Source of the DNA: Nemertoderma westbladi
Lineage: Eukaryota > Animalia > Xenacoelomorpha
Length of the DNA stretch: 41,870 nt
Direction: 5' to 3'
Assembly: GCA_032718475.1 (NCBI GenBank)
Contig: JAUCBJ010007989.1
Coordinates: 1-41,870 of the forward strand
Within the stretch, counting starts at the first letter, position 1. Each line of letters begins with the position of its first letter. Positions 1 through 10,800 of this stretch are shown here, piece by piece. A program made the position numbers and the translations under genes. A model generated the notes under the pieces. That model was not told where the DNA came from and did no database searches. It saw only the letters and a program-made list of their open reading frames with translations.

Positions 1-70
1 AACTGGTAACAACATCTAAAATTGTTACTAACACGAATCATTTTGCTGTGATGGGGGGGGGGGGGGGGGG

Positions 71-267
71 GTAACAGGAATGGGAGTGTAACAGGAATGG
101 GAGTGTAACAGGAATGGGAGTGTAACAGGAATGGGAGTGTAACAGGAATGGAAGTGTAACAGGAATGGGAGTGTAACAGGAATGGGAGTGTAACAGGAAT
201 GGGAGTGTAACAGGAATGGAAGTGTAACAGGAATGGGAGTGTAACAGGAATGGGGTGTAATAGGAAT
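71..267. repeat. 17-bp G-rich minisatellite (GTAACAGGAATGGGAGT) x ~11.5
   Basis: Near-identical head-to-tail units with no spacers, preceded by a poly-G run. Confidence 0.95.
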
Positions 268-507
268 CACTATCTGGGACGAGAGGAGGTAACAGCACTG
301 GGGGGTAACAGGACAGTACGACAGTATTAAATACTTGAAAAATATCAAATGTGTGAAATATTGTGAACAAGATGTTCCTTTGAAGCACAACCGTGGTTAC
401 TGTTAGAACAACTCATAACAAATTACTAGAAAAAAACATATAAAACCTGGCGAGCAAAACTAACCGAGTATGGTACCCTGAGCGGCCAGTTTTGTATTTT
501 TTTTCGA

Positions 508-773
508 TTCCCCGACTTTTGCAAACTCGTTTGAACAACTTTACAAAACTCGGGAAAACAAATCTAATTGGCTGGAGTGGTTTCTATAACAATAAACACC
601 CAATCATGTTTGTTTCCCCGACATTTGCAAACTCGTTCGAACGAGTTGGCAAAAGTCGGGGAAACAAAAGACTTGATTGGGTGTTTGTTGTTATAGCAAC
701 CACTCCAGCCAATTAGATTTGTTTTCCCGAGTTTAGTAAAGTCGTTCGAACAAGTTTGCAAAAGTCCGAGGAA
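508..773. repeat. ~265-bp imperfect palindrome (foldback/MITE-like)
   Basis: Arms of ~130 bp are reverse complements around AACTCGTTC|GAACGAGTT (centre 638/639); the two opposite-strand ORFs here translate to near-identical peptides. Confidence 0.85.
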
Positions 774-1599
774 CAGTTAATAAGATTACAAAACTGGCCG
801 CCCAGGGTCAGGGCCACCATAATAGAGAATTACCGCCCGAGCTACATACATAATGTTAATAAACCTCATAACCAACGGCTGTATTTCCAAGAATATATTA
901 CACAGTATGGCACAGTGCCATACTGTGTAATATATTCAATTTTTAGCACATGTTTAAATTTCAAAACCCAGTATCTCATCTAGCTATATAGAAAATACAT
1001 ATAAAAATTATGTATAACAAAACCCAGTATCTCCAAAAATTGTATGTCAAAACCTGACTATGCCCCATTTTATGAGCAATTGGTAAATTCCGGAAAACAA
1101 ATTAATATTTTTGACAACGTGGGTAATTTAACCAATAGCTTAACTAGGTACTGGAAAGAGGTTTTGTGGGAATTCATTTGTGGGAACATCAATCCATGTG
1201 TTAAAGTGGTGTGACAGTTCTACAAATTAATACTGATCGAGATACTGGGTTTTGTAATGAATATATTGTCTATTTTAAGAACATAATATTGTCTATTTTA
1301 AGAACATAATTTATAATTCAAAACACAGTATATTTCTTATGTTATATATAAAAAAACAACAACTAACAGCTAACAAACATGTAATATATTTCACATATTG
1401 TGAATTTATTTTTGTCAGCTATTGCAGCCTTGTACCACCGGGTCCGGTCTTTAGTTTACATTCAGTGTCTTTTTCCATTCACTTTAAACTGCCCGTCCGT
1501 AGTTTATCACCCCCCCCCCCCCCCCCCTAATTTGAATATATGAGGCGTGAGTATTACGGACATTTCCGACCCATGAAAATTTCATTAGACCCTTTGAAT

Positions 1600-1644
1600 G
1601 GGTCGGAATTGTCCGGATCGCAATTGTCCGGGTCGGAATTGTCC
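1600..1644. repeat. 15-bp tandem repeat x3 (GGGTCGGAATTGTCC)
   Basis: Directly visible; the middle unit has two substitutions. Confidence 0.85.
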
Positions 1645-1669
1645 TAACTTCGTGGGCTGGGCATGCATT

Positions 1670-1769
1670 ATGTACCGAAGGGAAAACAACACCTTGTGGG
1701 GGTGCAACATGTACTGAAGGGAAAACAACACCTTGTGGGGGTGCAACATGTACCGAAGGGAAAACAACA
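1670..1769. repeat. 39-bp tandem repeat x ~2.6
   Basis: Unit ATGTACCGAAGGGAAAACAACACCTTGTGGGGGTGCAAC starts at 1670, 1709 and 1748. Confidence 0.9.
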
Positions 1770-3108
1770 GCTTGCATGGATGAACAATGTCTTAAAAAGG
1801 TTCGATAATAATAATTGGTAATAAAAGGCTTAAATTAATTGAAACAAAGAAAGGTTTGCCAAAAGGTTTTGGTGAAGTTTTTTGGACTTTTTGGAGATAC
1901 TGGGTTTTGGCAAAAATCCAAAACCCAATATCTCCCAAAAGTTTCATATCAAAACCCAGTATCAACGACTATGCCTCATTTCATGAGCAATAATTAAATT
2001 CTGGTAAATTAGATTCCTGTTTTTTATTGGTTGGCTAAATTAACCAATGGCTTCCCTTGGTTCTGACAAATTTTGGGTTCATTTCATAGCTTTGAACATC
2101 AATCGCAGAAGGTCCAAAGTCTGTGAGTTTTTTTAGTGCGTTTTTCTCAAAATGAAAAATTTGGGGATACTGGGTGTTAGAATGAAAGGGCCGTACTGCG
2201 TACAATTTACCAAACCTAGCCGCTAGCCCTCCTAATAGACATCCTTTATGATTCTGAACTATAGTCAGTAAAGTCTGTATAGTCAGCATTGTACTATAGA
2301 ATTGAATGCAGGTGTCTTCTGAACTTATATTTTAAATCAATTATTAATGAAGAAATAGTCTTTAGCGCAAAAAAGCGCTTTTGGCCATTACAGTGCTATT
2401 TTGGGCCCGATTTTTAACATATTTGGCTTGGCTATTCTTAAACAACCCAGACGATGTTTAGAAGCACAAAAAATAATTTTCACCCAATTTTATAGTTACA
2501 GAGACACCAAAATGTAGTTTCCATTTTCCCCCCATTACAGTGTTAATGAATAAAAAAATTAAATTAAATATATATATTTGCAGAATTTTTAATTCAACAC
2601 TAAATGGAAAATGTCCTTCAAACAAATTTAAAATCAACTAACATAACTCCACTATTCCTACTCTATAACAACAGTCCATGCTACACTTAGTATTATAAGT
2701 ATATAATCTATGTTCTTTATAGTATATTAAGTAAACCAAACTGCACTTTTTAACTAAAATCACCAAAACTTGATAAAAACTTATAAAACCAATTCCAAAC
2801 AATAAAAGCTGCTTAAAACCAAATTCAAATTTTGCACTACGAAGCACTAAAATGTAAAACAACAAAAATAATAATTATAGTATTGTTGACATGCATTGAA
2901 AGATTATAAAAATTTTGGAAATAATAATAATTGTATTACAATGCTAGTATTACTATGTACACTATGCCAAAAGTAATATTTTGTAAACACGAATTATATT
3001 TATTTATTTATTTATCAAGCACCTTAAGTAAAAAACATTACCGGTATGTGTGTTACAGTAGTACCAAAGTATGTAAAAAACTAAAAAGCAACAAAACCTA
3101 GACGTTGG

Positions 3109-3307
3109 ACGCAATCAGTGATCAGCTGACCCTGACAGCAGCCAGCTGATCGGTAGGTTTCGCCCCACAGCTGAAGGCATTCTCAGGAGGCCAAGCCAAG
3201 AAATGTACTGAATTTCATTTCTTGGCTTGGCCTCCTGAGAATGCCTTCAGCTGCGGGGCGAAACCTACCGATCAGCTGGCTGCTGTCAGCTGATCACTGA
3301 TTTGCGT
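3109..3307. repeat. ~200-bp near-perfect hairpin (MITE-like)
   Basis: ~90-bp GC-rich arms (…GGCCAAGCCAAGAAATG / CATTTCTTGGCTTGGCC…) with a 10-nt loop at 3206-3215, set in AT-rich DNA. Confidence 0.85.
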
Positions 3308-3899
3308 AATGTGATGTAAAAAATAATGAAGAACAAATTTATAAAATAAAAAAAATTGTTCTAGAACTCTTTCATAAAATTGCCAAAACCTAGATAGTAT
3401 AAATAGTGTGAATGACCCTAAACATAATTTTAGTGCCGATCAAGGTAATTTATATCACTGAATGTTCGGGTCTAAATATTATAATTACAAATTGTAATAG
3501 GCCTAATGTTCCATTTAAAAATAACAATAATTTTCGTTATTGTTGGATATTAAATGAATAGTATCCAATTTTTTTAATATAATATATATTCTTAGATATA
3601 ATATATAATAACAAAACTGTATGAAAAGTCACACTTTTTAAATTTTACACATTTTACTTTCAGTATGCAGTATGTCAACCGCAAGAATAAGCAGTTTTAT
3701 GTAAACACTGTAAAAGTGATGTTAAAAAAATACAACGTAAATAACTGTGATTAAATAAGCAACTTATTATTCATATTATGATGTTATTGTTTATTCATAA
3801 TATTATATGTTACCATACCAGTGTGGGAATATGTGTATTACACAGTTATAGGCCTAAACCGTTTGTTCCTGTCCCTAATAAATGTAACCAGTATTGGAG

Positions 3900-4391
3900 T
3901 TATATTGTGTGATGGTCGCGTAAACGACCGTAAACACATCTGGCTGTTTGCATAAAAGGGACACCAACTTCCTCCCCAGAGTCCCCCCAATTACGCACCA
4001 TCACCATGGGCTCTCGCTCCTGGTGCTCTATCAAACACCGCACACACATCCCTGTGATTACCCACTCCTGTAGTCGGCATTGCAACTGGCCTTCCCTAAA
4101 GGTGAGAGACTCGGGTCCTGGCATCGGTAGATCGTACCGACAATATGGACACCAGTCGTTCTCCGTCAGCCATGGCTTCATGCAACCCTGGTGGAACACA
4201 TGCTCACAAGGCAACATAAACACCTCACTGTTGGAGTCTATCTCCCCGAGACACAGCTCACACACTCCAGATTCAACCTTGAGTCCGGTATTGAACCGAC
4301 GGAAATCCACTACTCCATCGCCCACACAATCCATGTTGAGGACGGCCAGCACGGACATCACATCGTTCATTTCACAAGGTTTAGACATCAT
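3900..4391 (-). CDS. Intronless RING-H2 (C3H2C3) zinc-finger protein, putative E3 ubiquitin ligase, 163 aa
   Basis: CELC…LPCEHVFHQGCMKPW…CPYCR has all eight RING-H2 ligands plus the conserved Trp and Pro; AATAAA on the - strand at 3790-3795. Confidence 0.75.
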   Translation of the reverse strand: MMSKPCEMNDVMSVLAVLNMDCVGDGVVDFRRFNTGLKVESGVCELCLGEIDSNSEVFMLPCEHVFHQGCMKPWLTENDWCPYCRYDLPMPGPESLTFREGQLQCRLQEWVITGMCVRCLIEHQEREPMVMVRNWGDSGEEVGVPFMQTARCVYGRLRDHHTI

Positions 4392-4439
4392 ATCCTTACA
4401 TTTTGAAATGGGAGGAACTTTATTTTGCTTTAAGTGTTT

Positions 4440-5628
4440 TGTAAAAGCTTTTGTGGGATAACTGATTCGTTTGCTTTGCTAACCAGTTCCCCCCAAGGCG
4501 CTGGAATACTCTAAAAGGGATCTCTAGCTCGAATAGTGCAAGCTACCGGCTGATTGGCTGATTTGCTGTATGAAGGGATCTGGGCTATGTTCGATCGTCC
4601 AACCAGCTTGGGAAGGTTGCCCCATAGCCCTGCTTTCTGTATCTGCCAATAGGATTTGAGTTGGTTTTGATTTTGACCTATCACAGATCTACTGAACTGA
4701 ATTTCCTATCTGTATGCTCATTCTCTGTGGTGAGTGAGATCTTTGTAGAATAGGGGTAGCTGGTATTCTTATAGTTATTGTTATCTTATGGTTTTTAGTG
4801 TTGTTGGTGATTCTAAGCCAGGAAGAACGGCTCTGCCTTACACTAGTAGGCTTAATTATAAGGACATATATCCGTTATCATAACAAAACTGACTGATTGT
4901 CACAACTCATGCAACTCAACATACCATACCTAATCAAACAACCTGTGCATACTTTTATATTGTTATACTGCTATTTACTGTCAGTTCTTCATAATATGGT
5001 TGATGAATTATTATATTTGGAATAACGATAAATAACCCCGAAACCCAATATTCGTGATATACCGAAGGTAAGAGAGAAAGGTTACATATAACGATTGTGA
5101 CTTATGTTAAAGTGGTTTGAAGTGAATCTAATGTTATTTGATAGACCTACATGATTCGGTCCGTGTTCCTTTTATATGTGACTAAAATCAGTGAAGATCG
5201 GCAGATTAGTGTGCAGTATTGTGCAGCATTGTGTATGAGTGAGACTGATAACGAAGCATTTCCTAAAGAATGCGCCATATATGTGAATTATAACTAAGCC
5301 ATATCGTTGTGAGTAGTTTAAGTCATAACTCTGTTTATATAGATAGAGCGCCACGTCCTAAAGGAACTGTTAATATTCCCGAAGGTGAATAATATTGTCA
5401 GAGATTATATAATACGATCAGTCGAATAATACAGTAGGCTTACCTAGCAATACGATTAAGCCGTCGAACCCAATCTCCCGGGTATATCCAGTGGGTGAAT
5501 GATCGCGCACAGATTGGTTTCGACTAGTGTAGTGAATCAAATACTTGTCATAGGCTAAAAGCGAATTATTATCTAGAAGACATCCTAATTTGGCGGGTTA
5601 AACTGCCAAAGGTCTGAAAGCGCGAACA
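4440..5628 (+). repeat. 5' LTR (1189 bp)
   Basis: TGTAAAAGCTTTTGTGGG…GCGCGAACA; matches 15378-16537 with scattered substitutions and small indels. Confidence 0.92.
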
Positions 5629-5639
5629 ATAACGGATAT
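5629..5639 (+). promoter_or_regulatory. Primer-binding-site position; non-tRNA, candidate self-priming site
   Basis: ATAACGGATAT directly follows the LTR's CA, lacks TGG, and is the exact reverse complement of ATATCCGTTAT at 4868-4878 (15783-15793 in the 3' LTR). Confidence 0.6.
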
Positions 5640-5906
5640 TGCTTCTGTATTGCAGTAGGCAATAAAGCTGAAGTACCGGTACCGGCAACCGGTACCCAGT
5701 AGGCCTGACTACATAACCACCCGGACCGGTACCTACAGCAGTACAGGTACAGCAGTATTATTCGATTTTGATTATTATATACCAGTAGGTCTTAATAATT
5801 AATCGGGGACGCCTGGTTTTTATTGGGATTTTACTAGGCCTATTTCTGTCAGTTTTATTTGTTTGTAGGCCAGTATTGAACAGAAGGCGTGTAAGCCTGA
5901 TCATAT

Positions 5907-6485
5907 TGTACAGACAATTTGTAGGCTGAGCTGTTGTCTGATTGTTGTTAAGTCTGAACGGATTGCAGTGTGTGTAGAGCATCTGTCCGATAAAGAACGG
6001 TTAGGAAGTAGGGGCAGCCAATGCTGTAAGGTAAACCCCCATCTAAAGAATAAGTCGTACTACTGAGTTAGAACGCATACTACCTAATCATTTCGGAGTC
6101 TGCATGTCCTGTAGTTTATTTAGGCTTGAGAGTAGTCTGCCATCGTTTAGTCTGTACTTTGTTTGTGTAGTCTGTACAGGTAGCGTATAATATTTATTTA
6201 GATAATTTGTAGGCTGGATAGTTGTCTGGCTGTTATTAGGTCTGAACGGATTGTAGTGTGTGTAGAGCCCCTGTCCGATAAAGAACGGTTAGGAAGTAGG
6301 GGCAGCCAATGCTGTAAGGTAAACCCCCATCTAAAGAATAAGTCGTACTACTGAGTTAGAACGCATACTACCTAATCATTTCGGAGTCTGCATATACCGT
6401 AGTTTGTTTAGGCTTGATAGTAGTCTGTCGGTATTTGGTCTGCATTTTGTTTGAGTAGTTTGTACGCGTAGCGTAATATTTATTA
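5907..6485 (+). repeat. 288-bp tandem duplication; each unit folds as a long G-U-rich RNA hairpin
   Basis: Period of 288 bp; 123-bp cores (5983-6105, 6271-6393) are identical while the flanking arms differ yet stay complementary with G-U pairs. Confidence 0.85.
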
Positions 6486-7420
6486 TTCAGAGTTTATGCG
6501 ATTATCCGCAACATTCATTCCCCAAGCTTGTTCCTACAATAATTGTGTTTGTTATACATACCGCTATAGTTAAATTAACCCCGGTACTACACGGGCTGCT
6601 TGGCATAGGTAAAGACTGGTGATTTTGTGCACCGGTCACTCCAGCAGATGCCGTGGTTCTTTTAGCTGTTCAAGTATATTTAACTACTGATTATATGTTA
6701 TACAAGTACTCGTACCTAATTTAGGGTTTAGTGTACAGTGCTTTCCGAAAGTAATTAGTGTAGACATTATATTTGTGTTGTAAAGTGGTTGATAGGCACG
6801 TTCGATTAGCTCTATTAACTTCTAGGTAGGAACACTCCGTGATACATAACGTAGTACCTATAGCGATACGGCTATAGGTCGTCAGGCGGTGGTATTTTCC
6901 TATCTGGACAACGCAGTGTATTTACTACTACTTATTATTTTCAAATACCGTAGTACCCTGTCCGTTGTAATAACCAGATTTCTAACCCTTTGTTAGGCTG
7001 GTTTGTAGACTTCTTGTAAAATTACCCTGAAAATTCGTATTTTGTGTTTTTGTAAATTTTTGTGTTTATTTAGAGATTGTAATCTCACCCGAATTGTACG
7101 TAATTTGTAGTATTAAGTAACTTAGGTAAATTAGCATTATTTGTTTTAGTGTCCTATAAGTAACACTTCACTGAAAGCGCACCGCTTTGTGTAGTGATTA
7201 CTCCCCAGAAATAATAACATTTATTTCAACATTGACAAAACCCATTAAAACGGGTATATATATATTATAAATCAAATCTAACGATTTATAAATCGTAGGC
7301 CTACCATACAACCATTAGGTCTCAATATCAGTTGGACTACTGCTCAAATAACGGTAATAAAGTAAGTAAAGTAACAAAGTAACCCTAAAATTCAGAAATT
7401 CAATTATTTAAAATAATTGA

Positions 7421-7670
7421 TATACCGGTATTTACGATAGGCCTATTATCTTTATTTCTATAAATCTAGGCTGAAATTATACCGGTACTTGTAATTAATT
7501 CTATTCCAGAATTATATATACTACAAATTGTAAGCTGTATACCGGTATTCCCGATAGGCCTATTATATATTTATATATATTTGTGCTAAAATTATACCGG
7601 TATTCTGTGATAAACCTAGTCTGTAATAATACTTATATAGCTATATATACTATAAGTATACCGGTATTCT
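7421..7670. repeat. Degenerate array of five TATACCGGTA-containing units, ~55-65 bp apart
   Basis: TATACCGGTA near 7421, 7478, 7538, 7593, 7658; units 1 and 3 continue …CGATAGGCCTATTAT. Confidence 0.7.
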
Positions 7671-7806
7671 AATATATTATATATATATATCACGCTCCAC
7701 TGAGTAGCAGTATCGGTAATTAATTATTAGGCTAACAGTGATACTGACTTACTAGACTTGCTTTAACTGTATTTATAGCCGTAGGCATTCAACTGTGTAA
7801 ACAAAC

Positions 7807-10800
7807 ATGTCTGACACGACCCAATCACTGTCGGATAGTCTCCTAGATAGTGTTAGAATGACTGTTAGACAGTGTCTTAAAAAGATCAGTGACCCAGATC
7901 CAAGTATAGAACATCCTAGATCCAAGTCTAAGTCACCTCCTGCTGTAAGAAAGGCCATCCCTACTGTAGTAATCTCAGACCCTAGGCTAGTCCAACATCG
8001 TAGGTCTATCATCGGCACTCGGGCCCAAGTCAAGCGGGATCAAGAAGCAGCTGTCAAACAGCAGCAACATCCTAGCCAAGAACCTAGTTTTCAGCGGCCC
8101 GATAGCTCCAGTAGTTCGCATACTGATGAGCGGACGCCCGAACGCGGAGCGAAGATGGTGGATAAGGTTTATGATGAGCGGCCAACCTATGAAGAATCAA
8201 CCGACGCCACTTCTTCTCAAGAAGAAAGCGAAGTGACAGCAGAGAAACCGCATAAGAGGGATGCTATTGACATCTATCTGTCAGACTATCAACGCTTTGT
8301 AGGAGATGAAGAGTTGAGGAGAAGGCTGGAGGGGCTTAGCCCTAATAGTGAAGGAACCAAGCTTGTGTTGGATGCCATCGATGCGGAAATGTTAGCGGCG
8401 AACCAGGCTAAATTTGATGAACAACTCCGCATCACACGAGTCCAAGAAGAACAAGTCAAGAAAAAACGTATAGAAGACAGAAAGAAAGCAGCAGTGGTAG
8501 CTGCAGAAGCAGAAAGAAAAGCGGCAGCGGCAGAGGCAGCGGCAGAGGCAAAAGCGGCCGAAGCTGAAAGAAAAGCGGCAGCGGCAGCGGCAGCGGCAGA
8601 AGCAAAAGCGGCCGAAGCTGAAAGAAAGGCGGCCGAGGCTGAAAGAAAAGCCGCAGAGGCAGCGGCAGCGGCAGAAGCAAAAGCGGCCGAAGCTGAAAGA
8701 AAGGCGGCCGAGGCTGAAAGAAAGGCCGCAGAGGCAGTGGCAGATGCCGAACGGAGAGCGACTGAAGAAACCATCCAATTAGAATTGGAAAATATTCAGG
8801 AGAATCAAGACTGCATAAATAAACAGTTAACAGCTAGTAATATGCAGATGATGAATCGATCTACTCCCAAAAGGCAGGGATATACATCATCTGAGGAAGG
8901 CGATACCACCGATACTGAAGGCAAAGGAAATAGATCTCGTCTAAGCAGACGTAAAAGAACATTCCACCGTCAGAAATTGCCTGATTTGCCTCCAGCTGTT
9001 AGAAGGCAACTAAATAACACCAACTTAGGTAGTACAGAGCCCACAGACCAAATAATTAAAATAGAAAGACTCCCTACTATAGTAGATGAGCCTGAAATAA
9101 TTAGGCCTGTTCTTGAAATCACCCCTTCGGTGATAGACACACCTGTGCTCACTGAAGTTACCTCTAAATTCCCTCTGCATAGCACTAAGCTATCTGTGCC
9201 CAGTAGAACAGCCCATGAGACAGTTCAGGTCCTGGACCCCGAGCGAAATATTCATGATTTGTCGCCCGTTGTCCCTCGTCCGCCCGCTACAACGTTGGCG
9301 ACTCCCGCTTCGGCGGTCGAATGGGTGGATGAGAGATGGCGGGCGATGGATCTCCTGCTCGAGCAGATGCAGGAGACCGTTCAGCAATTCAAGGGCACAG
9401 TAAGGGAAAGTAGGTTAGAGTTGCAAAAGGTGCAGCAAAGTATCGCGTTAGAACGCGATAAATTAGTGAACACACAAAAGGGTATACCACCACCCCCTGT
9501 AACAATGTGTCAACCCGTTAGGTCTGAAGTATCCCATGCGCAAGGTGTGGAGCCTACACGCATCTATACTGCTAGCGAAGTAGAAACTCCTATAGTAAAC
9601 CCTATTAAGGGTAATTATAAACCTGTTGATAATGACATTCCCTATAGACCTGATCATAATCCGAGAAATTTATATACCGATAACTCGATATTAAATAACA
9701 CGATGGCCCAAGAAAGTTTTACACGACAAATGGCTAGAACCGAAGCCCGGCAAGCGGTAAAGGTTGGAGAGATCGTCAAGTTTAATGGAGATGAGATGAA
9801 ATGGTTACCTTTTAATGAATATTATAAAGATAACATACAGGACTCTGTGCTATCCAACGGAGAGAAACTTAGATTTCTCATCGAGTGCTTGGAAGGACCT
9901 CCCAAGTCAATGGCGTTAAAGTTTATTGGACATCCAGACGGATTAAGACAAGTTTGGGATACACTAAACATCAGGTATGGTAATAGGAATAACATAGCTG
10001 GGTATTTGTATGCAAAGTTGGTAGCGCCCCGAAAGTTTATTAGCAGCGGGATTATAGAGTTTTCCGATGAAATTCAGGAGATCTGCAGACAATTAGATTG
10101 GCTAGGTAAGTCTCATGAGTATCAGAGTGCTATGGTTATTAGAGCAGTGGCTTCTACTTTACCGAAGGGTGGAGTAGGTACACGCTGGGACAAGAAAGTG
10201 TTATACATGATGGAACAACAACAACGAGACCCTACCATGACTGATCTCATGACATTCTTGGATGGCGAAGTGAAATTACAGCTCATAAAGCAGTCCAGAG
10301 AGAAGACATCAGAAAACAAGGTAAGTGAGAAACCCGTTTCTAGGAGAAGGGTAACACCAGTATGTTATACCGACGACGGTGAAAGCCAAACTTCTCAAGG
10401 AGAGGACAGCGGGAAAGACACTGACAGATCTTATTATGTCAATAAAATGCCTAAAGATCAGGTAAGTAAATCCAAGTCTCGACCCAATGACAGAAGGGAA
10501 CCGGTACAAAAAACCCTTCCTACGTCTCCTAAAAGAATTCAGGTGAGAAAGCCCGAGGAAAGAACAAGTGTGCACCACATAGCACAGGTTAAAGTAAGTA
10601 ACATCAAGCCGAAATGTGTGCTGTGCGACGGGCCCCACCGTTTAAATGCGTGTGATAAATTCCTGAGGAAATCACTAAAGGATAGACGTGAAGTCATGTG
10701 GGATAAGCGGTTGTGTTATAATTGTCTCAGACGAGGACACCAACGGCGAACCTGTTACTCCGACGCAAGGTGTGCAAAGTGCGGCGCAAAACATCATATC

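Larger units (their letters stand above)
963..2178. repeat. Degraded non-coding repeat with recurrent AAAACCCAGTATCTC motifs in both orientations
   Basis: Motif or its reverse complement near 963, 1020, 1239, 1894, 1920, 1951, 2166; 1021-1095 resembles 1921-2005. Confidence 0.45.

Noticed and set aside
71-267. Regular short repeats as a CRISPR array, and ORFs 28-390 and 38-388
   Set aside because: Units are contiguous with no unique spacers and no cas genes; the ORFs are translations of the minisatellite.
5172-5354. Small ORF repeated at 16080-16262
   Set aside because: Duplicated only because it sits in the LTRs; non-ATG start and no recognisable motif.
6856-6885. Hammerhead-like CTGACGA plus stem on the - strand
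   Set aside because: The stem is not followed by the required GAAA and no stems I/III were found; only a simple hairpin.
8289-8778. TolA-like Ala/Lys/Glu protein (bacterial contamination) and antisense ORFs
   Set aside because: The repeat is in frame within the BEL Gag; the - strand ORFs are stop-free shadows of it.
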